Below, piece after piece: positions 24,901-36,400 of a DNA stretch of 64,000 nt (the stretch's first letter is position 1; every line of letters begins with the position of its first letter). The DNA lies in NCBI GenBank assembly GCA_016748015.1, contig JAAOMT010000187.1, positions 130,087 to 194,086 of the forward strand, in the 5' to 3' direction. The position numbers were made by a program, and so were the translations under genes. The notes beneath the pieces are model-generated. The model searched no databases. It had not been told where the DNA came from and saw only the letters and a program-made list of their open reading frames with translations. The stretch comes from Geosiphon pyriformis uo1. Its lineage: Eukaryota; Fungi; Glomeromycota.

Positions 24901-27554
24901 AGATGATTTTTGACTTAGCAATGACATTAATTAATGGAGCTACCAAAGAAGATGTTCGTCAAATGAAGGAAGCGGAATACATTGAATACACTATAGAATT
25001 AGCTGGATTCGATTATGAAAATGAAGTAGAAGTCTACCACCAAATTGCAAGTCACACCTATCCAACCCAAGAAGCTCAAATTCAACGATTAGAGCAAATG
25101 AACATTAGGCTATGTGAAAAATGCATTATGTCTTGCGATGAACAATAGTGTCTTGAATGCTATGCTCTTAGTATCCCCTTGCCCAGCGAAAATGATGAGA
25201 ATGAAATTGAATTTGGAGAACCTGAAGAAACGGAAGAAATTGAAACAACACCCATCTACCTTATCAAAAATCAGCCTGCCTTACAACTTAAATACTTCAA
25301 CAACAATGAACAAGGAATAAAACCCGAAAAAGCACACAAAATTGATGCTGGATATGACCTAAGATATCCAGGCAAGGATACTCTTGTTCTCAAACCCAAA
25401 TCTCTCACAAAAATCAACCTCAAAATTGCACTTGAAATCCTGCTAGGAGCAATGGTTTAAATCGCCTCCCAGTCCTCTCTGGCAAGCAAAGAAATCAATG
25501 TCAGAGGAGGAATAATCGATGCTGGATATACTGAAAACATAACAGTGATGCTTTAAAATGAAACTGACAAACCATTCAAGATTGAACATGCTGAAAAAAT
25601 TGCCCAAGCTATTTATCTACCCCTAATCAACATTTTGGGTTTACAACTAGTTAATCAAAGAGAGCAATTAAGAAAGAGCAATAGAGGAACCCAAGGTTTT
25701 GGTTCAACTGGATGATTCACAGTTCCAGTTAATATAGCTCTTAATACACAGAACAAATCCCACCAGATTCTCAGACTTTCACAACCGATTACCATCTCAC
25801 TCTTTGGAGAACATCTGGAAATCTACACCTGCCCAAAGCCAACAACCACACAACAAATTTTTGAGTCTAATGAGCAAGTCTGCTTGGAACATAATATTTC
25901 GATCCCAAACATTTATATTCCAGAAGAAACAAAGAAAGTCCGAGTTACTTTTTACAACCCCAATAATTACCCCATAATTTTATTAAATAATTTAGAAATT
26001 GGAGTTATTCACAGTAATATATTTCAACAAGAATTACCCCAAACAGTTCCCGATTTCTCTGAAATTATTGGACATTCAATACCAAAAATCAACCCAAACC
26101 CCAGCTCCGAAAACTACCATGTTGTCATGGAAAAACTATCTCAAATTAACATGGGACAACTTGAACCACAACAACAGACTCAGCTCAAAGAGCTAATTAC
26201 AGAATTTGCTGATATCTTTGCCGAAAACAACAATGACTTAGGAAGAATTGATTTGGTTCAACACCAAATCTATACAAGAAATGCCAAACCCAGGCGACAA
26301 CAAGCCTACTGAGTTGCTCCAGAAAGTCACCAATTTATCCGAGAAGAAGTACAACGGATGCTTAACAATAGGCTTATTCAACCATCAATAAGCCCATGGG
26401 CCTCACCCGTGGTCCTAGTTAAAAAGAAAAATGGAAAGATACGATTTTGTGTTGATTACTGACAACTCAACAGTGTCACCATTGGGGATGCCTACTCTCT
26501 TCCCTGAATTGATGACATGTTGGATGCCCTTGGAAAGTCCAAATACTTTTTGACATTAGATTTAGAGAGTGAATACTGGCAAGTTTCTATGGACCCCAAA
26601 GACCACCCCAAAACAGCATTTACCACTCAAGGAGGAAATTACGAGTTTAATGTAATGCCTTTTAGATTATGCAATGCACCAGCAACATTCCAAAGACTCA
26701 TGGATGTTGTTTACAAAGGCCTCCTTTGGAAATCAGTAGTAGTTTATTTTGATGACACTCATGTTTATTTACCATCTTTCGAGCTACATTTAATTCACTT
26801 ACAAGAAGTTTTTCAATGATTATGGAAAGCAGAATTGAAACTGAACATTGAAAAATGCTACTTTGGAAAAACAAGTTTAGCTTTTCTTGGTCACATTGTG
26901 AGCAAAGATGGAATTAAACCAGACCCTGGAAAAATCAGTACTGTCAAGAACTTCAAGACTCCATGAAATACCACAGAATTAAGAAGATTTATTGGATTAG
27001 CATCCTATTACCGAAAATTCATCAAAGGATTCTCAGAAATTGCAAAACCCCTCAACCAGCTCACTACTAAAAATGTCGAATACAAATAAACAGAAGAACA
27101 CCAAAATGCCTTTGAGATACTTAAAGAAAAACTCATAACAGCTCCAATCCTCACCTATCCAGATTTCAACAACCAATTCTGATTAGCAACTGACGCCTCT
27201 TATACTGCCTTTGGTGCCATCCTATCACAGTTAGATGACAATGGAAATGAGCAAGTAATTGCTTATGCTAGTAGAACATTAAAGCCAGCTGAAAAGAACT
27301 ACCCCACAACAGAATTAGAAACCGCAGCAGTAATCTGTTCCCTACATCACTTTAATCTTTACCTCAGACCCAAAGAATTTGATATTATCACTGATAATAT
27401 TGGACTTAAATGACTTCAGAACAAAAACACCCAGCTGAATGCAAAACAAACCCGATGGACAGGATTTTTAGTTAATTACCAATACATTGTACACCACAAA
27501 CCAGGAAAACTTCATACCAATGTTGATTGTCTCTCAAGAATGAGGCAAGATTAG
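21942..27554 (+). pseudogene. A1 polyprotein frame: N-terminal extension, Gag (ATG 22665, CCHC near 23370-23411), protease, Cys-rich insert, dUTPase, RT, RNase H
   Basis: All fragments share one frame. CHYCGISGH*KRDC; LILDSGSAGSII; SPWASPVVLVKKKNGKIRFCVDY; MPFRLCNAPATFQRLM; YFDD; LATDAS; NYPTTELE; HKPGKLHTNVDCLSR. Confidence 0.95.
25290..25712 (+). pseudogene. dut: dUTPase domain within A1 pol
   Basis: All five trimeric dUTPase motifs: AGYDL, IASQSSLA, GIIDAGYT, EKIAQ, RGTQGFGSTG. Confidence 0.95.
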
Positions 27555-27603
27555 AAAACAAAACCAATACCCATTTGAATTAACAGCATCAAAACAACAA
27601 ACA

Positions 27604-28989
27604 ATGAACCCTGAAAACTACAACAATCTCAAACAATATCTGGAGACATTAACAATCCCAACAGATTGGTCCCCAGACAAAAAACATCAGTTACAACAAC
27701 AAGCCAAACAATATTTTCTACACAACAACATTATCTATTATCGAAATTTCAAAAACCCAACCAAACCACTCAGATTAATACAAGAACAGAAAAAGGAGAC
27801 CATTTTATACAACATGCACTCAGATCCTTCATCAGCATACTTCGGAAAAGATAGCACCACCCAAAGAACACTAGAATATTACTTTTGGCCTCGAATGAGA
27901 AAAGACATTCACAAATATGTCAAATCTTGTGATAGTTGTCAAAGAAGAGGAGAAACTTGCCCTACAGAACCTTTAAATCCAATCAAAATTGGACAGCCTT
28001 TTGACAGAGTTGGTATCAATTTAGTCGGACCACTATCTATCACCACTTAAGGAAACCGTTATATTGCAGTAGCTGTAGACTATTTTACTAAATGGCCTAA
28101 AGCCAGAGCCATTCAATGAGCAGATGCGAAATCAGTAGCAAAATTCATCTACAAAGACATCATTTGTAGACACGGATGTCCAATTGAACTTTTATCTGAT
28201 CAAGGAACACACTTTGTGAACAACCTGATACAAGAAATTTGCGAACAATTTAATGTCAAAAGACCTCTGTCTTTGCCCTACCATCTACAAACAAATGGAC
28301 TTGTGGAATGTTTTAACAGAACATTGTGTGAGTCATTAGCCAAAGTCTCAACCAATTTTGAGCAAGAATGGGATCTCTTTATTCCATCAGTGTTACTAGC
28401 ATATAGGACATTAAAACAAGATACCACGAAACACACACTATTTGATTTAACTTATGGAAGGACGGCAACATTACCAATTAGTTTCACAGTGGAAACATAC
28501 CCAGCATAACCGATCGATGAAAACAATTTCTAAGAAACGCTTCAGCAAAGAGTCTACACTCTGCTTAGCACATTGGAAAGAAAATGACAAATAGCAGCCA
28601 CTCATATTGAACACTCCCAAGCTCAACAAAAAGAACGGCATGATAACAAATTGTTTTCAGCCACCAATGAATTTAAAATTGGAAACAAAGTTCTCTTACA
28701 CAGAACTAAAGCTGAAAAACAATGGAATAAAAAATTTGAAAATAAATGGGATGGACCATTTTTTATCCATGAAGTCCTAGACAACGGATCATACAAGCTA
28801 AGACTTGATAACAAAATCCTAGCAAAAGTTGCACATGGAGATTGTTTGAAACACTATCATTTCAGAAACAATCCTGAACCATTAATTCCACAAATTGGTA
28901 CACATTCCCCTTTGGTCAGTCCCGAAGACATTTCCCGAAACTTAGAACCAATAGTTGTCATTGAACAACCTTCCAACCTGAACACTTAA
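27604..28989 (+). pseudogene. A1 integrase ORF (461 codons), in a different frame from RT-RH
   Basis: HHCC-like MHSD...CDSC; GINLVGP; LLSDQGTHF; GLVECFN; KWDGPF (GPY/F). No chromodomain seen. Confidence 0.93.
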
Positions 28990-29168
28990 TTTAATTTTAC
29001 TAGTTATTTTCTTATAATTTAGAAACAATCTCACAAAAACAAAACAAAAATAACATAAAAACCCATACACCAAAAATAATTTTCTTTTATTTCAAATCGC
29101 TTATAATGACTATTCTCAAAACATTCAACAATTATCCCAAAAACTAATGTTAGCTTTAAAAACAATAC

Positions 29169-29188
29169 NNNNNNNNNNNNNNNNNNNN
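29169..29188. other. Assembly gap (20 N) with unmerged overlap: 28812-29168 repeated at 29189-29546
   Basis: The two flanking copies are identical apart from a 1-nt indel near the contig end. Confidence 0.92.
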
Positions 29189-29482
29189 CAAAATCCTAGC
29201 AAAAGTTGCACATGGAGATTGTTTGAAACACTATCATTTCAGAAACAATCCTGAACCATTAATTCCACAAATTGGTACACATTCCCCTTTGGTCAGTCCC
29301 GAAGACATTTCCCGAAACTTAGAACCAATAGTTGTCATTGAACAACCTTCCAACCTGAACACTTAATTTAATTTTACTAGTTATTTTCTTATAATTTAGA
29401 AACAATCTCACAAAAACAAAACAAAAATAACATAAAAACCCATACACCAAAAATAATTTTCTTTTATTTCAAATCGCTTATA

Positions 29483-30202
29483 ATGACTATTCCTCAAAAC
29501 ATTCAACAATTATCCCAAAAACTAATGTTAGCTTTAAAAACAATACCTGAATTATCCATTACTGTTACTAAAAACCACATTAATTATACCCAAACAGAAG
29601 TAGTTACAAATTTAGCCCCAAATTCATGAAAATATCACCCATATAAGAAAAACACAAGAAGTTATACTGGAATTCACCTGCCAGAACTTTTAAAGCTTGC
29701 TTTAAGAGAAAACCTAATGCTCACTCCAATTAGTATTCCACCAAATGCTACAAGTCAACAAAGACTTTAATTGTGTCTCAATGAGGAAAACACTGAATAT
29801 CCTCCAATCTATAGATATTTCCACATTAGAAAAACACTCTACGAACGGAAACTGGAACTTACAACAGCAAACCTCACAAAAGAAACTATTCAAAAACAAC
29901 TCCACAATGAATTCAAGACAACAGCTGGACCAACAAACAGTCGCTACAAGCTCAGAGCTGCTCTTAGACTTTATGACCTATTCCACACCTGTGAAAACAT
30001 ACTGCAAAACCCAATTTTTCAACCTTTGAAAATTCAATATATTGGAAAGCTTACAGAACTGAAATTTCAACAATTTTCAGACCAAATTTCTTCAATAATT
30101 TTGGATTATTATCTGGAAATAACAGACAGTATTTGGACTTTGATGAAGCTCAGTCTTAAAGAGGAGGTTATGTTATCAGACGAAATTAGAGATATTATTT
30201 AG
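29483..30202 (+). pseudogene. A1 ORF3: 239-codon accessory ORF of unknown function, reads through the PPT into the 3' LTR
   Basis: MTIPQNIQQL...YRYFHI...ALRLYDLF...IGKLTE...DEIRDII*; two internal stops; same length in A2; homologue in family B. Confidence 0.85.
30158..30167 (+). promoter_or_regulatory. Polypurine tract
   Basis: AAAGAGGAGG 3 nt before the 3' LTR (GAGGAGGAGG in A2). Confidence 0.85.
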
Positions 30203-31106
30203 CATAAAATTATCTTATAATTCCTATCATTAATTAGCATATATTATCATTTCAAATGATTACTTATTACATTAGCAAAAATGTCCGAAATTATCATTTA
30301 ATTATTAATCCAAATTGTATACAACACAAATGTAACCTAATTGCGATGATCAATCATGCAATACCCCAAACTATGTAACATTCAGAAGTTTGCCAAAATT
30401 TGTAGAAATTCGCTGAAATAACTTATAGTTCACCGAAATTTATCTTTAGTTCAGCAAAATTGTAGGAAATAGCAAAGTTCAAGTTTATAGAATAGTGTTA
30501 CAACAAGTTGTATAAAAAAAGAGCTTCTCTTTTCAAGAAAATGTATCTTATTCTAGATTTATCACTTAGAACTATTTCTATACACAAAAGAAATAAAAAT
30601 CAAATAATTTGAAAAACCAAATTCTTTAATTAGTACACTTGGAAAATTCCCAAAACCCAACTAACGTTTTGAAATTGATTAGCTACCAATTTCAATAAAC
30701 TGTTGGTAACTCTAGGCCTGGATAGAAAACGTTTCTCTTGACAAAAATTCTATTTCTTTTATATTTCTTTTATTTTCTTTTATTTTCCTATCATAATTAT
30801 TAGAGTAATCTATAGACGAGATTTCTGTAGAAGAGTTGACTTTCACAGCAAAATAACTACACATTTTTAGTGAGCTTCCAGATGAGCAATTTCTGGGAAA
30901 GAGTTGACGTTTACTACAACGTAACTACATAAAGTTACTGGCAAGGAATTGGCCATTCCACTTATAAGCCCAGCAGTTCAAATTATAGGAGATAATTTAA
31001 AGATAAATTCAGTTATTGGAGGTTCAACTACATCCAGAAAACGCAAATTTACAACAGACAGGCATCAACAACATTTAAGAAAAGAGACCAAAAACCTCCA
31101 GTAACA
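30171..31106 (+). repeat. A1 3' LTR (936 bp)
   Basis: TGTTATCAG...CCAGTAACA; lacks two of the 20-bp U3 units present in the 5' LTR. Confidence 0.96.
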
Positions 31107-31451
31107 CTGTATATTAGTTAAGCTAAATAATATTATATTAAATTCAAAATTTTTTTTATGTATAATAAATAATATTTTTTATTATTTGAATTTATAATTA
31201 TTTATTAATATTTATTATTTAAGTTTAATATAAAAAACTATTTTTTTTTGCCAAATAAGTTAAATAACTCTTAAATTCATAAAATTAAATAATAAATATT
31301 ATAAATAATATTATATAAAAAAAAAACTCTTTCTTTCATTGATCCCCTGGTCACAATGAGAACTTTGAGTTGTCACTGAAATAGCCTTCTTTTTCCCTTT
31401 CTCTTTCACCTTTCTCCAGTTATTTCTTCAGACATTCCCTCTTTTGTTGCT

Positions 31452-33407
31452 ATGGAACCAGTGGGCTTTGCTGCTGGTGGTTCTGGGTCCATTTCGGCTG
31501 GGTTGAGGACCCAGTCTGGTGTCAAAAATAAGCGCTTGGTTGGTCCTCATTCTCATGGTGCATCCTATAAGAAGCTGAAGAAATCTGTGGTGGTTGACGG
31601 GTTGGTGGAGTCGTCTGCTGGTGTTTTGAATGTTATGGATGAAAGTGGTGATGGATTTAACATTGGGCGATCGTGGGCTAGCAAAGTCAACAGCAAAGTG
31701 GACAGCGTGAATAGTGTCTCGGACTTGGATAATGTGGAAAACGTTGTTACTAAGGAAACTTGCTATGCAGAATCAGATGTTTCGGGTTTGAACGACAACA
31801 TGAATGATGCCATACCAAGGAAGACGCATACTCGCACCTATGTTCTGAACAGTAAGCCACCACCTCTTTTTTTCAATGTTCCAAGTGATGGTGAGGATAC
31901 TTTGTCTCTCCTGAGTCCCAAATTTTATGGATCCAATTGCCTTCCTCTAATCGGGTCATGTGCACCAGAGAAACGGAATTTTAATTTGTCAAAATTGTTT
32001 GCATTAGATATTGAGCTATCTGCCATTCCTGGCAAAACTAATAATGATAAAATGATCAGTTTGAAAAAAAATTTTTATCACATTGATGGGTTTGGGAGAG
32101 CCTCAACTCCCTCAAAATTCCCAGGAATCATCAGATCCTCATTTACATCTGAAATTAGTTTAAATAAGGCTAAGGAATTGGCAATCAGTGAGAAAATTTT
32201 AGTCAATGATAATCTGAGAAAATCAAGTGTCCGTTCAGATTGGGAAGTAATAGTCAAGGAGATCTCAGTGGATCTTTCCAGATTGGCGGTGGAGTCAGTT
32301 TTTTCCAAATTTGGCAAGGTTGTTTCAATCAAAATGCAGCTAATTGGTCTCTGGCAAAAGGCTCTGGTCGAATTTGAGTCATCTGAAGTAGCTAGTCTGG
32401 TTGCTTCCAAATAGTCAGTTCTCATGGGAAAGGATTTGGTGTGTGTGGCTTTGGCAATCAATGATAAACAAACGTGGATATCGAGAAATCAGCATCAGGC
32501 TTTGCTTTATACTCTTCCAGTTGGCACCAATGTCCATAATCTCTCCTGTTTGTTGGAGTCATATGGTGGAAAGACTTGTTACATTGGCTGTAATCCTAAT
32601 TCATATGTTTGTGATAGATGTGCTGTAATTTGTTTTGGTGATGAGGCATCTAAGTTGGCTGCTATTGATACTGTTCCAGTTTTCAAAGGTGTAAGTTTGC
32701 ATTGGGCTGGTCTTTTTTTGGCCAGTTGCACTCATTGTAAACAATTTGGTCATGTTATGGTCAACTGCTCCTTGGGTGAGTATTCTGGTGTTTGAGGGAA
32801 GAGGGTGGTTTCTGAGCAAGATTGGATTCGTCTAGCTGGGATATATAAGAAAAAGTCAGCTTCTATTGCTCATCCGGTCTCATTTGGTGGTAAAACATAG
32901 GCCCAAGTTGCTGGTGGCTCTCCTTTTCATGTGACTTTTTCTGATTTGATTGGTGCTGGTTTGCATTTTGGTTTGGTTTATTCTTCAATGGTGACTGACT
33001 CTCCTACCATTTCTCATTTGAATGACTGGCTGGCAATTTTGGAGCGCTCTTTGGAGCTTTTGACTGACCACGTTTCTGGCATTTTGGTTCGACTGGAATC
33101 CATTGATTTGGTTCCTGTAATGACCCCTTCTCTGAGCCTTCTTTCTGTTGTTTCTGAAACTTTGACTTCTAATGTGAATTCTGATATGATTATGAATACT
33201 GCTTTGGTCTCATCTGGTACTCCTCTATCTGTTATTTATAATGCTGTTGTTGAGTTCAGCTCTAGTAGTTCCAAAGTCCTCACTGCCAAAGTGGGTGGTT
33301 TGGAAACAAAATTGATTGCTTTGGAGGCCTTGGTTAGTTCAGTTTTGGATAAGTTAAATATTCTGTGCTCTGGTTCAGATTTGTCAGTTCCCCTGTCTTC
33401 TCAATGA
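31452..33407 (+). pseudogene. LINE copy 3 ORF1
   Basis: In-frame fragments; RRM-like segments; CTHCKQFGHVMVNC. Confidence 0.88.
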
Positions 33408-36400
33408 CTTACTTAATTTGGAAAATTGCCACATGTAATGTCAAAGGTATGAACAATTCTGCAAAACAGGAAGATATCATTCATTGGCACAAGAATATAA
33501 ACAATTTGATTTTTATTGTTACCGAGACCAAGCTAAAGGGTAAGGTCTGTCCATGGATTGCAACTAGGTTTGATGATGTTCGAGTCTTTACCTTAGATCA
33601 AGATTCTGGTAATCTGGGTTCGGGTGTTGCTATTGTTGTAAACAATTCTCTGGCTCGCCATGTGTATAAGGTTTCTGAGGTGCCTGGTCGGCTTCTCTCG
33701 ATTAAGTTGCTTTTTAAGAACAAACTTTTGGTATCAATTTTGGGGCTTTATGCTGGTGCTTCTCTGGCAGCCCATTTTTCTCAAGCTAGTGAAGTCAATT
33801 TTCTGATAGCTAGGGCTGTGAATGAGTTTTCTTTTGTTGTTTTGGGTGGTGATTTTAACGAAGATGGCTTTCACAAGTGTGCTAGTTTTAAGAAGTGTTT
33901 GGATTTGGGAATGGTTAATTCTCTGGCAGGGAATTCATTGGCAAAAAATCCTACCTGGAAAAATTCAAGGGGTGTTGTAAGAATTATTGATTATGTGTTC
34001 ATTTCATCAAATTTGGTCAATGTGATAGTGAGCCGAGACATTTTGGATGTTAGTGAGTATTTTGATACTGATCATCAAGCGGTTTGTGTGTCTGTGGGTT
34101 TGGGTGGGCTTTTGAATATGCATTTGAACTCTTTTTGTAGGAGGCAAATAGAGATCGATGAAAGTTTAACATTAGGGGTGCTGATGAAAGTAAATGGGAC
34201 AATTTCAGGTGTGTCACTTCGGCCAATGCAGTAATGTTCTCAGATAAGTTTGCCACCTCTGTAAGATTCTCAAATTTGGATGTAATGTGGGATGTCATTC
34301 GCAAGGTCATGGTGCTTTCAGCTGATGGTACTTTCAAAAAAAAATGGTTCAAGAACTTTAATAAAGTTTTCTCCAAGGAATCCTCAAAGTTTCACAAATT
34401 GGAGCTTTTGGTTTCTAAGATCATCAAGGCATCGTGTAAGAGAGATATTGTTGGTTTTGCTTCTTTCATGGATTGTTGAGCTTCTTTGGACAGTGTTAAG
34501 GCTTTAATCGTTCGGAATCTGATGGATTCTGGTATGGACTCTGGTCATGTTCTTTCTGCTCTCTTGAGCGCTCGGAAATCATATCATGCATCTAAGCTTG
34601 TTGAGTCTCAGAATGCCAAGGAGGCTAACATTAGATCAGCCATAGATAAGAGAATAGAAAGCTTTGAGGTCAATAAAGATCATATGATAAGGAGTGTGCT
34701 GGAGTGTCCATTTCGTAAGGTGGTGCTTGACCACTTGGTTGTTGATAGTAAGCTGGTTTTGGAGCCTGATCAGATTATGAGCAAGGTGGACATGATCATG
34801 GAGGATTGGACTAGGAAGCATCAGGTGGTTAATGATATGTCAAGCAAATAGTGTTGCCAATATTAGCCTTTGGAGTATGTTTTTGATGAGGCTTTTTCAG
34901 AGGTGATGTGTTCGATTGGTTTTGACAAGTTGTTTGGGGTGGTTTCCATCCTTCCTGATGGCAAAGCTGTTGGTCTGTCGGATATCTCAAATGAGCTTTG
35001 GAAACATTGTGATAGGTCTGTCTTGGAGATGTTATTGGTGCTTTTGAACGCTTACTTGGCTGGTGAATCAGTGCCTGGTCTATGGAGAGAGGCCTGGATT
35101 TCAATGATTCCCAAGTCTTATGAATGGGAGGATGTTCTGACAAATACACATCCTATTGTTTTGATCGAGACAGCTCGCAAGATTCTTTCCAAGGTTTTTT
35201 CTGATAGGATTTCTGCTGCATGCAGTACTTTCAATGTTTTTTATGAGGACAATTTTTTGGTTTTGAAGGGTATGACTACTCAGTCTCCCATTTTTGTGAT
35301 TGGTTCAGTAATTGAGGATGCTCTGGAAAAGAACCATAAGCTCTGGCTGGTGTTGCAGGATATGAAAAAGACTTATGATTCAGTTGGCTAAGAGCATCTT
35401 GAAAAAAGCCTGGTCAGGATTAAGATGTGCAGCAAGTTTATTCGGTTTTTTGGTAGTATACACAGGAGTCGCACCAATCGAGTAATAATGAATTTCAGTT
35501 TGACTGGTGGTTATTGTGTGTATGATGGCTTAGATCAAGGAGAAGTTTTTTTCCCCCTTCTGTAGTGCATTTTCTATGATTTTTTGTTGTGTGAAGTCAA
35601 ATGTCAGGAGAGTGTGTGTGAGTATAGGCTGAATTCGTACTTTATCTCTAAAAATGGATGTGCTGAGACTCGGGCTGGACTTTTTTCATTTTTTGCCACT
35701 GGTGCTTTTGTCGATGTTACAATTTGGGTTGGTAACAGTCAAGCTGCCACTCAGCACATTCTCGATGTCACCAGTGAATTTTTTTGGGTCAATGATATCT
35801 CTGTTAACAATAACAAAACAGTGGCCATTCCTATCAATAGCAGAGTCAGCAGTCTCTTCCTTTTTATTAGTGGCTTACCCATTTCTGTTGCCAAGAAGGG
35901 GGAACCTCATTGGTATCTGGGTATTTTTTTTTCAACTGAGGGTCTTTCGAAGCCGAGCTTGGCTAAGGCACATTCAGACATTCGCTTTTTCATTAATTTG
36001 GTTCTGAGAAAAGCTATTTCAGATAAACAATTCCTATACTTGATGTTGGCGGTTCTCCAGCCCATAATCAGTTATTGAACACAATTTAGTTTTATACTGG
36101 TTGGTGTTTGTGCCAAGTGGGATGTTCTGGTCCGCAAGAGCTTGAAGCTTAAGTCTGGCCTTCCACTTGATTTTTCCAGTGATACACTGCACCACCCTTC
36201 ATTTTATGGTTTGAAATCTTTCTCGCAGGTACAGTCTAAGTGTAAAGTGGCCTCTCTTGTCAGTTTTGTGAACTCTGATGGGATCTTGGGTCGCTTATTT
36301 TCTCACAGGTCTTACGACTTGCAAGTTCAGTGTTGGCATCCTGTTCATCCGTTAAATTTCCCTGTTTGAGTTAATATCAGTGCTTCCAACAACTTTTTGG

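Larger units (their letters stand above)
20922..31106 (+). mobile_element. Ty3/Gypsy LTR retrotransposon family A, copy A1 (dUTPase-bearing, separate integrase ORF, extra ORF3); inactivated by nonsense changes
   Basis: Two TG...CA LTRs, PBS, PPT, domain order Gag-PR-RT-RH-IN. Confidence 0.97.

Noticed and set aside
21942-27554. Alternative genetic code or programmed readthrough explaining the in-frame stops
   Set aside because: Stops differ between A1 and A2 and match single C>T/G>A changes; SEC31 reads cleanly in the standard code.
28812-29546. Tandem duplication of the integrase end and ORF3 start
   Set aside because: The copies flank a 20-N gap and are essentially identical in a region where all real repeats have diverged: an assembly overlap.
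29483-30202. env gene
   Set aside because: Too short, with no visible signal peptide, fusion peptide or transmembrane anchor.
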